The notes: generated by a model from the letters alone, not told the origin. Counted from the first letter of the stretch, positions 9,116-18,435 are shown. The stretch: DNA of 64,000 bases from Polyangiaceae bacterium (GCA_965222375.1 CBDCTZ010000016.1:64001-128000); one strand, 5' to 3'. Program-made: numbers and translations.

Positions 9116-9970
9116 ATGGGTGTAGCAATCGAAGTTCTCGTTACAGAGCCCTCCAAGAGTGTCGTTCAGAAGCGGCTCGGTGCGTTGCCAAACGTCAGCA
9201 TCGTTTCACAACCGTCGGAACGCGCCGTCGCCAGACTGCTCGTAGCGCTCCTGGAAGATCTCCAGAAGCGCCGCCCGGAGTTCGAGCGTTGGCTGGAACG
9301 TGCGCCCGCGACTGTTCCGCTCGTATTCCTAGGCCCGGACGGCGGGGCGAACATCTCGGCGAGCCTCGTTGTCTTTCAGACATTCGCTCTCGTATCAAGG
9401 CGACTCTCGTCGAATACGGTGGATCCCTACGTGGCTCCCGACCGAGAGGCCGCCCGGCGTCTCGTGCTCGCGCACAGCCTGGACGCCGAAAAGGAGCTCA
9501 TCGCGTCCGCGTCGATCGAAGATGACACGCTGTACGTCTGGAGCTGCGAGCCGCGGCTCTATCGTTGTCCCGTGTCGGACATCCCCGCCCTCGCGAGATT
9601 GAGCAAGAAGCAGCTCCAGGGGTTCGAAGTCAGCAAGAGTGGGAGCCGCCTGCGGTGGCCTGACGCCGATATCGACATCAACCTCGACACTATCCGTGTT
9701 CAAGTGGATCCGGCGCACCGGCGGGAGGCTGAAGCAGGGTTTCGGCAGGAGGCCTCCCGATATGCTGAAGCCATCCGAACCGTCCGCGAGAAGAAGGGGC
9801 TTCGGCAGGGAGATGTCGCTGGGTTGAGCGAGCGACACGTCCGCCGTCTGGAGCAAGGCGAAACCTTCCCGCAGGCGAAGACGGTGAAGAAGCTCGCCGC
9901 GGCCCACGGACTGTCCGTCGGCGACTACCTGAAAGAGCTTGCGAGACACTCGAAGCAAACAGGATCATAG
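9116..9970 (+). CDS. DUF2442 + XRE-type HTH protein (antitoxin/regulator)
   Basis: FEVSKSGSRLRWPDADIDI (DUF2442-like); C-terminal AIRTVREKKGLRQGDVAGLSERHVRRLEQGE HTH; directly follows the DUF4160 gene. Confidence 0.8.
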   Translation: MGVAIEVLVTEPSKSVVQKRLGALPNVSIVSQPSERAVARLLVALLEDLQKRRPEFERWLERAPATVPLVFLGPDGGANISASLVVFQTFALVSRRLSSNTVDPYVAPDREAARRLVLAHSLDAEKELIASASIEDDTLYVWSCEPRLYRCPVSDIPALARLSKKQLQGFEVSKSGSRLRWPDADIDINLDTIRVQVDPAHRREAEAGFRQEASRYAEAIRTVREKKGLRQGDVAGLSERHVRRLEQGETFPQAKTVKKLAAAHGLSVGDYLKELARHSKQTGS

Positions 9971-9980
9971 CCTTCGAGCA

Positions 9981-10150
9981 CTACTTGCACGGACTTGAGC
10001 TTCAGCTTGCACGTGCGCCTGAACTTCGGCTTGCACTTGAACTTCGACGTGGGCTTGGGCTTCAACGTCGGCCTAGGCATCGGCGAGGGTGGACGCCTAC
10101 GTGCAAGCAGACGCCTACGTGCAAGCGGACGTTCACGGGCGAGTCAAGGT
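9981..10150. repeat. Hexamer-periodic low-complexity imperfect inverted repeat
   Basis: Left arm units GAGCTT CAGCTT GCACGT GCGCCT GAACTT CGGCTT GCACTT; right arm has two copies of GACGCCTACGTGCAAGC; GCTTGCACGT pairs with ACGTGCAAGC. Confidence 0.7.
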
Positions 10151-10180
10151 GCGACCCTGTTGGCGGCGCGCTTGGGTGCG

Positions 10181-10231
10181 CCAAGTCGAGAGTAGGGCCC
10201 CAATGCCACCCCAACTCCGCGACCCCCAAAC
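10181..10231 (-). repeat. Right imperfect inverted repeat flanking the TA module
   Basis: Minus strand reads GTTTGGGGGTCGCGGAGTTGGGGTGGCATTGGGGCCCTACTCTCGACTTGG, matching 8679-8728. Confidence 0.7.
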
Positions 10232-10302
10232 AGCCAAATCCAGCAATGGACGTGCAGGTCCGAGCTCAGTTCGATCTAGCCACCTCGCAAAATCGGGTTG
10301 GA

Positions 10303-12261
10303 TCAGAGCGACGATGTGGAGCGCTGACGGGTTGTTGGACGCTTCTTTTTGGCGAGGGCGGCGCTGATCAGGCTTTCGGCGGCGGATTGCGCGTCGCGAA
10401 CTTGCGGAGTGGAAGCGTCGGGTTGCAGCACGCGTCCGGTTTCGTCGAGGGCGTCGGGAAGAGAGCCGAGACCCTTGCTGAGCAGCCAGACCAAGAGCGC
10501 GCGAGTGAGGGGACCGGCGCCTGCGCTTTGCTCACTGCGCCACTCGCGCTTCAGTTGGCGGGCCACGGCCATTTTTGCGACGCCGCGGGCTCGGGCTCGG
10601 AGGGCGGAAGCTCCGGTGGGTAGCAAGTGTCGATCACGCTCGAGCGCGCGTTCTACTTCACGCAGTTGGGCGTGGGGCGGCTTCACGCCGTCCCGCAGTT
10701 GCTCGGCGAACAAGCAGACGCCGCGGTACACGGCTTTGAGGAAGTGGAAGGCGCGGTAACGCTCGGGGCCAGAGAACACGACGGCGGCGCGCGAGAGGCC
10801 CACCAGGTTGAGGATCTCCATGGGGATGGGGGCCGCGGGAGCCTTGGCGGCCTCGAACATGGTGGTGAGTACTTCGTCGCCGATCTGCTGCGAGTTGAAT
10901 TCCGATGTCGCATAAGAGAGGTAGTGCTCCGCATCCTGCAGCGCGTCGTTCTTGATGACGGTGGCGAAGTCGTAGAGTTGAAACGGATTGAGCGCGTAGG
11001 TGAAACACACGGGGCGCTCTTCGTGCCCTTGGTTGAGGCTGACGATCAGCTTTCGAGTGGCCGCGAGGGACTCGGCGGTTTCTCCGGGGAAGCCGTGAAT
11101 GAAAGAGAAGTAGGTGCCGATTCCGTGTCGAGCACAGGCCTCGAGGGCGGGACGGATCTGGGAAACCTTCGTGCCCTTCTTCATGGCGTTGAGCAGTCGT
11201 TGGTCCCCGGACTCCTGTCCGATGAAGAGCAGGCGAACGTTCGCCCGAGCCATCAGGTCGGCGCACTCGTCGTCGATGTCTGCGACCCGGGCGAAGGCAC
11301 TGATCGGCAGAGGGCAGCCGCCGCGGTCGGCGAGGCCGCGCAAGACCTCGAGCCAACGGGCGTGGGGCACCGAGGCGGTGGCATCGGCGAGATTGATCAT
11401 GCCGCTGTGGGCCAAGGCCGAACCCAGGATTTCCTCGACGGCGCGATCCGCGGGCATCACGCTGAGCTCGGCCAGAGTCCGAAAGGTACAGAACTCGCAC
11501 TTGAAGACGCAGCCACGCTGAGTTTCCACAGGCTGCATCAAGGTATGGCGGGCCAAGTCGATTGGGGGATCGATGCGGCTGGCCAGAGCCCAATTCGGCG
11601 TTGGAAGCTGTGCCAGCTCGAGGGCCTCTGCTCGACCCGTGTAGTCCAGGCCACCTGTCGGGCGGCGAATGTAGATCCCCGGGATGCGCCGGAGCGCGGC
11701 CGGATCCTTGTCGTGAAGGGCTCGCACGATGTCCACCAATCGCTGCTCGCCCTCGCCGATGCAGAACACATCGGCATCGAGAGACAGGAAGCCCTCGGCA
11801 TCCGTGGAGTAGTAGTAGCCACCCACCACGATTTGCGCCTTGGGCAGCGCATTGTGAACCATGCGGCACAGGGTGCGTAGCCAGGCGGTTTTCATCACGA
11901 AGGTCGTCGAGATCCCCACGACCTTGGGCGGATTGCGCCGCGCCGTTTCGAGGCGCTTTCGCCAAAAAGAAAGCCCTGTGACGCCGGGATCGCAGACCTC
12001 CCAATCGAGCTTTGCAGCCTCGAGGTGAGTCGCCATGGCGATGGCGCCGAGGGACCGATGGGCGACGGATGGCGCGCCAAAAATCGTGTCGTCTTCTTCG
12101 GCCTGGAGGGAGATGCGCATGCCCATGTGAGCTTCGAGCTTGGCGTGGGCCTCCATCAGAGGCATGTAGATGCGCGCGCCGGTGACTCGACGGACATGCT
12201 CGTCAAAGAGCATGTTCATGTCGGGCTCGAACGGCACGAGCAGCAATACGTCCGGCCCCAT
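10303..12261 (-). CDS. Cobalamin (B12)-binding radical SAM enzyme, paralogue A
   Basis: VVGISTTF, IVVGGYY and IGEGE in the B12 domain; ETQRGCVFKCEFC (CxxxCxxC); GQESGDQRLLNAMKKG; IHGFPGET. Confidence 0.92.
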   Translation of the reverse strand: MGPDVLLLVPFEPDMNMLFDEHVRRVTGARIYMPLMEAHAKLEAHMGMRISLQAEEDDTIFGAPSVAHRSLGAIAMATHLEAAKLDWEVCDPGVTGLSFWRKRLETARRNPPKVVGISTTFVMKTAWLRTLCRMVHNALPKAQIVVGGYYYSTDAEGFLSLDADVFCIGEGEQRLVDIVRALHDKDPAALRRIPGIYIRRPTGGLDYTGRAEALELAQLPTPNWALASRIDPPIDLARHTLMQPVETQRGCVFKCEFCTFRTLAELSVMPADRAVEEILGSALAHSGMINLADATASVPHARWLEVLRGLADRGGCPLPISAFARVADIDDECADLMARANVRLLFIGQESGDQRLLNAMKKGTKVSQIRPALEACARHGIGTYFSFIHGFPGETAESLAATRKLIVSLNQGHEERPVCFTYALNPFQLYDFATVIKNDALQDAEHYLSYATSEFNSQQIGDEVLTTMFEAAKAPAAPIPMEILNLVGLSRAAVVFSGPERYRAFHFLKAVYRGVCLFAEQLRDGVKPPHAQLREVERALERDRHLLPTGASALRARARGVAKMAVARQLKREWRSEQSAGAGPLTRALLVWLLSKGLGSLPDALDETGRVLQPDASTPQVRDAQSAAESLISAALAKKKRPTTRQRSTSSL

Positions 12262-12307
12262 GCTTGAAACATAGTGGCCGGACAGCGAAAGCGCGAGGTG
12301 CCAGGGA

Positions 12308-13669
12308 CTAGCTAGCCGGCTTTCTGCGCCGAATAACAGCGATGATGGGATCCCGGGGGCGAAGCGTGACCTGGCCGAGGGGCTGAACGGGATGGTCACT
12401 CACAGGCTCGAAAGACACGCGCTGCAGCAAGGTAGCAAGCACCATCTGGCCCTCCATGAGAGCGTAGCCGCTGCCCAGACAGCGCCGGGGTCCTTCGATG
12501 AACGGGATGAAGCCACCCCGGGGCAGGCCGGTTTCGAACTCCCTGGTCCAACGCCCTGGGCGGAACTCGTCGGGAGACTCGAAGAGTCGCGGGTTGCGGT
12601 GAATGCCGTAGATGTTGAGCACTACTCGCGCGCCCTTTGGCACGGCTACTCCCGACAGCGTCGTGGCTTCGGTGGCTTCACGCACTGTCATGAACACCGG
12701 TGGATACAGCCGCAAGGTTTCTTTGAAAACCCGAAGCGCGCAGGGCAGCCGCGGGCCGTCACTGGCGTTCGGAACACGTCCGGCCAGCACTTCATCGACT
12801 TCAGTTTGAAGCTCCGCGGCGAACTCTGGCTTCGCGATCAGACAGTGGATGGCCCAGGCCAGGGCATTTGGGGTCGTGTCCTGACAGGCGATGGCGAGAC
12901 CCACGGCCTCGTCCCGAGGCGAAGACCCGCTCGCTCGCAGGTCTTCGGCGCGCTGCTGAACCAGCACGGAAAGTAGATCTCGCACCGGCCGCCGCCCCGC
13001 CTCCTGGATCAACCGCGCGATCACGCGATCCAAAACGCGAACGGCTGCTCTGCCGCTCAGGCTGGCGCGGGATGGCAGCCATTTGCGAACACCCCGAGGC
13101 GCCCCGAGGCGTTCGTGGACGAGTTGATCGACGCGATCCACCGCCGAGATGACGTCGGAAGCCGGCCCCACGTCCTTGCCGAAGAGCGTGCGCGACACCA
13201 GCGCCAGGTTGAGCTGCAGCATCGCTTGCAGCACGTCGATGTGGGCGTCGTCCTGCCAACTGTGCTGTAAGCCCTCGGCCAGCTCCGCCATGGCGTCCGC
13301 GTAGCGCTCGATGGCGGGGCGACTGAAAGATGGTGCTAGAATGCGCCTACGCGTGCGGTGCTGCGGGCCGTCGGTCCAGCCCAGGTTTCGCCCCAGAAAG
13401 CCCGACGCCCAGCGATAGCCTTGGGTCTTGCGGAACAGTCCGCGGTCTTGGGCCAGCACGCTCATGGCGGCCTCGGGGGACGACACGACGAAGAGTGAGT
13501 CTCGCCCCGTCGAAACTCGGAGGACCGGCGCCGCCTCTGCAGCCTGCTGCAGGAAGTCGAAGGGGCGAGTGCGCAAGTTGCGTACATCCTGCAACGAGGC
13601 TCGACCCGCCAGCTTTCGACCCATGGCCGAGGATACCGACGTCCCTCGCGCAGGAGCAACCGGGCTCAC
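12308..13669 (-). CDS. Cytochrome P450
   Basis: KETLRLYPP (ExxR), FRPGRW, heme loop FIEGPRRCLG; atypical I-helix ACQDTT. Confidence 0.95.
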   Translation of the reverse strand: MSPVAPARGTSVSSAMGRKLAGRASLQDVRNLRTRPFDFLQQAAEAAPVLRVSTGRDSLFVVSSPEAAMSVLAQDRGLFRKTQGYRWASGFLGRNLGWTDGPQHRTRRRILAPSFSRPAIERYADAMAELAEGLQHSWQDDAHIDVLQAMLQLNLALVSRTLFGKDVGPASDVISAVDRVDQLVHERLGAPRGVRKWLPSRASLSGRAAVRVLDRVIARLIQEAGRRPVRDLLSVLVQQRAEDLRASGSSPRDEAVGLAIACQDTTPNALAWAIHCLIAKPEFAAELQTEVDEVLAGRVPNASDGPRLPCALRVFKETLRLYPPVFMTVREATEATTLSGVAVPKGARVVLNIYGIHRNPRLFESPDEFRPGRWTREFETGLPRGGFIPFIEGPRRCLGSGYALMEGQMVLATLLQRVSFEPVSDHPVQPLGQVTLRPRDPIIAVIRRRKPAS

Positions 13670-14952
13670 GTCGTGGGATCGCCCCGAGTGACGGTCAGCC
13701 GGTGGCCTTTGGGTGGTCGCAGGGTCAGCGCTGCTCGAGGGCGCAATCCCTGGCGTGTTGCGCCGAAGCCAACCTGCCGCAGCAGCGACGCCAGTACGAG
13801 CTGGCCTTCCATCAGCGCGAAGTGGCTTCCGATACAGCGGCGAGGACCCGCAATGAATGGGATGTACGCACCGCGAGGCAGGGTTTGCTCGAAACCATCA
13901 CCCCAGCGCTGCGGTCGGAACTCCTCCGGCTCCGAGAACAGATCTGGCCGCCGCTGGATGCCATAGATGTTGAAAATGAGGTTGGACCCAGGGCTCAGTG
14001 TCACGCCGCCAACATCGAGGCTGGTTCGCGCCTGGCGCATCGTCATGTAGGCCGGCGGATACAAACGCAGCGTCTCTTTGAACACCGCGAGGGCAAGCGG
14101 AAGCTCAGCGGCGCCGGCTGCTGACAGCGCAGTGCATTGGCGCGCTTCCCGTTGCACTGCCCTCGCCGTTTCGCTCTGCTGCGCCAGCAGGTGAAGGCAC
14201 CAAGCGAGCACATAGGGCGTCGTGTCCTGACACGCGACCAGCAGCCCCACGGCTTCATCCCGCACGCTGGAGCCAGCGTCGCGGATACGCTCCCGCGATG
14301 CCCGCGAAAGGAGTTGCCCGGAGCATTGTGCGCTGGCGACGCCGGATTGACGTAAGCGCCGCAGTAGTCCTTCGATCTGCCGCACTGCAGCTCGCGCCCG
14401 CCATGCTCGCCACGATGTCCGAGCGAGGGAGCTGTCTCCCCCCAGCCGCGCCTCGAGCAAGGCATCAACTTCCTGGACCGCACTCACGATGGTGTCTACG
14501 TCCGCGTCGGAAAGCTGACCCAATAGCGACTCGGTCACGATCGAAACATTGAGGCGCAGCATGCTCTGCAGCACATCCACGCTCGCGCCGTGATGCCAGT
14601 TGCGCGCCGCTTCTTCCGAGTGTCGGAGGATTGCCGCCGCGTAGCTCTGCACGGCGCGAGGGCTGAAGCATGGGGTCAGTGCTCCTCGCTGGCGTTGATG
14701 TGCTTGTCCTTCTGCCCACAGCAGTCCGCGCCCCAGAAAGCGGGTGGCCCGGCGATAGCGAGGGGTCTTTGCGACCGTAGCGCCGTCTTGAACTAGGAGC
14801 GCGTGCACATCCTCCGGGGCGGAGAGAACATAGGCGTCCTTCCCTTGCTGCTGAATCTTGCACACGGGTGCAATGTCCGCGGCTCGAAGGAGCAGCCCAA
14901 GGGGATCGGCCCGCAAGGCGTCGCCGGATCCGATCAGCGGAGCTGAGGACAT
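13666..14952 (-). CDS. Cytochrome P450 (tandem paralogue)
   Basis: KETLRLYPP, FRPQRW, FIAGPRRCIG; I-helix ACQDTT; GTGA overlap with the next P450; alternative GTG start at 14973. Confidence 0.95.
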   Translation of the reverse strand: MSSAPLIGSGDALRADPLGLLLRAADIAPVCKIQQQGKDAYVLSAPEDVHALLVQDGATVAKTPRYRRATRFLGRGLLWAEGQAHQRQRGALTPCFSPRAVQSYAAAILRHSEEAARNWHHGASVDVLQSMLRLNVSIVTESLLGQLSDADVDTIVSAVQEVDALLEARLGGDSSLARTSWRAWRARAAVRQIEGLLRRLRQSGVASAQCSGQLLSRASRERIRDAGSSVRDEAVGLLVACQDTTPYVLAWCLHLLAQQSETARAVQREARQCTALSAAGAAELPLALAVFKETLRLYPPAYMTMRQARTSLDVGGVTLSPGSNLIFNIYGIQRRPDLFSEPEEFRPQRWGDGFEQTLPRGAYIPFIAGPRRCIGSHFALMEGQLVLASLLRQVGFGATRQGLRPRAALTLRPPKGHRLTVTRGDPTT

Positions 14953-14997
14953 CGTCGGCCACGCTAGCTCCACACAAACGCGAGACCAAGAAGTGCT

Positions 14998-17900
14998 TCA
15001 GAACAAAGTGTAGATGTAGGGTCGAGGCTGCTCCCGCGGTGACATGGCTGCAGCCGCGGGAATCAGCGCGGCAACGAGTGCCGACAGCATGGGTTTGCGC
15101 CGAGCCTGCAGAAACGCGATCAAGCGGCGGTAATGCTTCGACTGCGGGCCGGGCTCGCGGTCGAAACCTTCGGGTAGGTGTGTGTACGGCTGCCAATGGC
15201 TCGTTGGGGTCCTGTTTGGATCGTTTGGCTCCAACGCACGAAAACAAGCTCCCGTCGGCACGACGAGGCCGTAATACGCCAACGCGGCCGCCCACGCCGA
15301 AACTCGGGAGCGCAACGGTGCTGCTTTGACTCCGACCAGAGTTCGAGCCCGCGCTGCCACCCCGGGCACCTGCAGCCCCAGGCGGGAGAAGAGAGCCGCC
15401 CCGGTGGTTCGAAGCAGCGCTGGCTGCATCTGCGGCTGCTGCAGGTCCCCGCGCGCAATTCGTCGAGGGAGCTTCTCGTAGTTCGCGCAGGCAGAGTCCA
15501 CGTCACCGGCGAGGGCCGCAGCTAACGCGCGAGCGCGCCGGACCTCGGGGTCATGCGGGCTGAGGGCCTCCGCTTGGCGCAGATACTCTTCCACTTGGCG
15601 CTGCGCGCCATCCGAGTCCCAGTTCTGCAGCAGCGCCAACGCGAACAGGTATTGGACACGTGAGCAAAGCACCGCGGTCTGAGTCGCGCTGTCCAGAGCG
15701 AACGCGCGGCGCACGTCCTCGATGTTCGGGCGCCGAAAAGCCGCTTGATGCGCAGCACCGTCGCTCAGCGCTTCGCGGAAACAGAGAGCGAGCTGTAGGT
15801 AGCCCTCCAGAGTGGGGTGACAATTGTCCCAGAACAGACCGGACTCATCCAACGCTTCGAGGAGCTGTGCACAGTCCGCGAGGGGCACGCTGAGCCTAGC
15901 GCAGACCTGTCGAATCGCGGTGTTCAACGCAGAGGTGCACCGGGTTGGCGCAGCGTCGTGGTCCCGGGCAGCTAGGAAGTGCGGCAGCGCTTCCCGCTTC
16001 CGTCCTTGAGCAGCCAGCTCCCGCGCGAGGAGGAAATGCGCCCAAGCCACACCGGGATCTACGCGCAAGATACGCCGAGCGGTTTGTACTGCCTCGTGGC
16101 TGTCGCCAGCTCGCGCGCGCTGCCGCGCGTGGGTCATCAGCGACGCGACTTGCCTGAGGCTCCCGCGCTTGGCCACGCGCGAACGATTCGGCGCCCATTG
16201 CGTCAGATTGCCCGCGGCAGTCGCCACCACGAGCCCTATGCCCTGGCGTTGCAGGTGCTCGATGCTCGCTTCGAGGTTGCGCGTGAGCCTGCGTACAGCG
16301 CGCTCGTGGTGCAGTGGCCCGACGCCAGAGGTCTGCGCTGGAGCGGGCCCGCGGCCGCGTATGAAGTCCAGAGGCGCACCCAGCGCGGATGGTTGATGGC
16401 GGAGGTACTCGTTGTGGCCGGTGTAGAGCAACACTAGAGACGCCGATGCGGGCACTTGGCGCGCAGCTTCGAGAACGGCGTCGGAATCCATCGCAGCGTG
16501 GGCCAGGTTCACCACCCGCACGGCGCGACCTTGCCTAGTGCCCCCCAGGCAGAACCCCACCAACTTTCCCAAGTCCAAGTCCGGGCCATAAGGTTCGCCA
16601 GCTGCAGTGGATCCGCCAAGAACGTAGATCGTGAAAAAGTCCCCGGGATCTTCGTCGGGTCCAAGCTCGGCTGGCGCTTGCTGATCAGGGCGTGCGATCA
16701 AAAAGCGGTCGAGGACGAGGTAGTCGAGACTGGTTCGGGTGAAGCAACGGTAGGCATCGCTGGGCGATTGCACGATGGGCTCGTCGCGCCCGTTGAAGCT
16801 GGTGTTGAGCAATACCGGGCAACCCGTGCGCTCTGCAAACCTGGAAAGCAAGCCGTGAAAGCGAGGATTGTGGTCCGGGCGCACGGTTTGAACCCGAGCG
16901 CTGTAGTCCACATGGGTAACGGCAGGCAGCTCGGAGCGCACGGCGTCGAGGCTGCGGGGAGACTCGCCGCTTTCTGCAGCGTGCTCTGAGCGAACCTGGG
17001 CCACGATGGCCATGTAGTCGCTGTCACCCTCGAGCTCGAAGTAGTCGGAAGCGGCTTCGCGCAGCACAGCGGGCGCAAAGGGCCGGAAAGACTCGCGGCG
17101 CTTGATTCGGTCATTCAGCCGCCGCCGCATGTCGGGTTCACGCGGGTCCGCCAGAATCGACCGCGCCCCAAGGGCACGGGGGCCAAACTCTGCGCGGTCC
17201 TGAAACCAACCCACCGCGCTCCCCGACTCGATCAGCTGTGCGGTTCGGTCTAACAGGGCATCCGTCGCTCCGAGTTCTTCGAAGGGGATCTTGCTGGCGC
17301 AGAGGTACTCCCGAACTGCTGCCTCCTCGAAGCGGGGTCCGAGCAGGGAACCCGCCTGGCCATCACTACCGTCCCGGAGCTCTCGTGTCTGACCTAGGCG
17401 CTGATGCCACAAGTAGAGCGCGGCACCCAGTGCGCCGCCGGCGTCTCCGGCCGCGGGCTGAACCCAGAGTCGATCGCAGACGGAATCACGCAACAGCCGC
17501 CCATTGGCTACGCTGTTTTGAGCCACTCCCCCTGCCAAGCAAAGATCACGAGTTCCGGCGGACTGAACTGCGTGACGTGCAACGCGCCGCACGACTTCCT
17601 CGGTCACGTACTGCAATGACGCGGCGAGATCCATGTGGGCAGGCGTCAGCGCAGCCTCGGGCGCACGACGCGGAATGCCCAAGTAGTGCTCTAGCTTGGC
17701 GCCCGCCATTCGAAGCAACGCCTGGTAGTCGAAATAGGCCATGTTCAGGCGAAAGGAGCCATCGGACTTGAGGTCGATGAGTTCCTCGTAGAAGCGCTGC
17801 GCAAGGCGAGGCGTGCCATAGGGCGCGAGGCCCATGACCTTGTACTCGTCACGGTTGACGCTGAATCCGAGCAGGTAGGTGATCGCCGAGTAGAGCAAGC

Positions 17901-18435
17901 CCAGCGAGTGGGGAAAACGAAGCTCTTGGCGTAGCGACAGGCTAGGCCCCTCGCCGTAGCCCCACGCACTGGTGGCCCACTCACCGGCCCCGTCCAAACT
18001 AACCACGGCAGCTCGAGTGAAGGGCGACGGGTAGAACGCACTGGCGGCGTGGGCCTCGTGGTGCGTGCACCACGCGATTTCCCCATCGAAGTCCAAGTCC
18101 CGCCGCAGCGAGCCGGTTATGCGCGTGCGCTCCCGGAGCCAACGGAGAACCGAACTGCGAAAAGTCTCGAATCCCCGGGGAGCGACTGTCAGCTGGGTCT
18201 GCAGGATCCGCTCGAACTTCAGCTGTGTGGATTCGTAGAAGCCCACGAGATCGACCTCGGCGGCCGAGCCCAGCTTGGCTTGGCGCAGGCAGAAGTCGAC
18301 GGCCTGGTTCGGGAAGCTCGCGTCATTCTTCTTGCGCGAGAACCGCTCCTCTTGAGCCGCCGCGATGACTCGGCCGTCCTCGAGAATGGCCGCAGCACTG
18401 TCATGATAGAGTGCGGAGATCCCGAGGATCCTCAT
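14998..18435 (-). CDS. NodU/CmcH/SxtI-type O-carbamoyltransferase fused to SGNH-hydrolase/TPR and SxtJ-like/SxtK-like C-terminal segments
   Basis: ILGISALYHDSAA, QEERFSRKK, HHEAHAAS, LAGGVAQN, EFGPRALGARS, RESFRPFAP, HVDYSARVQT, LNTSFN; then GGSTAAG/GHNE/DNCHP; ends PYIYTLF. Confidence 0.9.
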   Translation of the reverse strand: MRILGISALYHDSAAAILEDGRVIAAAQEERFSRKKNDASFPNQAVDFCLRQAKLGSAAEVDLVGFYESTQLKFERILQTQLTVAPRGFETFRSSVLRWLRERTRITGSLRRDLDFDGEIAWCTHHEAHAASAFYPSPFTRAAVVSLDGAGEWATSAWGYGEGPSLSLRQELRFPHSLGLLYSAITYLLGFSVNRDEYKVMGLAPYGTPRLAQRFYEELIDLKSDGSFRLNMAYFDYQALLRMAGAKLEHYLGIPRRAPEAALTPAHMDLAASLQYVTEEVVRRVARHAVQSAGTRDLCLAGGVAQNSVANGRLLRDSVCDRLWVQPAAGDAGGALGAALYLWHQRLGQTRELRDGSDGQAGSLLGPRFEEAAVREYLCASKIPFEELGATDALLDRTAQLIESGSAVGWFQDRAEFGPRALGARSILADPREPDMRRRLNDRIKRRESFRPFAPAVLREAASDYFELEGDSDYMAIVAQVRSEHAAESGESPRSLDAVRSELPAVTHVDYSARVQTVRPDHNPRFHGLLSRFAERTGCPVLLNTSFNGRDEPIVQSPSDAYRCFTRTSLDYLVLDRFLIARPDQQAPAELGPDEDPGDFFTIYVLGGSTAAGEPYGPDLDLGKLVGFCLGGTRQGRAVRVVNLAHAAMDSDAVLEAARQVPASASLVLLYTGHNEYLRHQPSALGAPLDFIRGRGPAPAQTSGVGPLHHERAVRRLTRNLEASIEHLQRQGIGLVVATAAGNLTQWAPNRSRVAKRGSLRQVASLMTHARQRARAGDSHEAVQTARRILRVDPGVAWAHFLLARELAAQGRKREALPHFLAARDHDAAPTRCTSALNTAIRQVCARLSVPLADCAQLLEALDESGLFWDNCHPTLEGYLQLALCFREALSDGAAHQAAFRRPNIEDVRRAFALDSATQTAVLCSRVQYLFALALLQNWDSDGAQRQVEEYLRQAEALSPHDPEVRRARALAAALAGDVDSACANYEKLPRRIARGDLQQPQMQPALLRTTGAALFSRLGLQVPGVAARARTLVGVKAAPLRSRVSAWAAALAYYGLVVPTGACFRALEPNDPNRTPTSHWQPYTHLPEGFDREPGPQSKHYRRLIAFLQARRKPMLSALVAALIPAAAAMSPREQPRPYIYTLF

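Noticed and set aside
9925..10080. RiPP precursor for the rSAM/P450 enzymes (minus-strand MPRPTLKPKPTSKFKCKPK...)
   Set aside because: No SD or leader/core structure; it is a by-product of the hexamer repeat and runs antisense into the antitoxin gene. No peptidase or RRE/PqqD gene was recognised.
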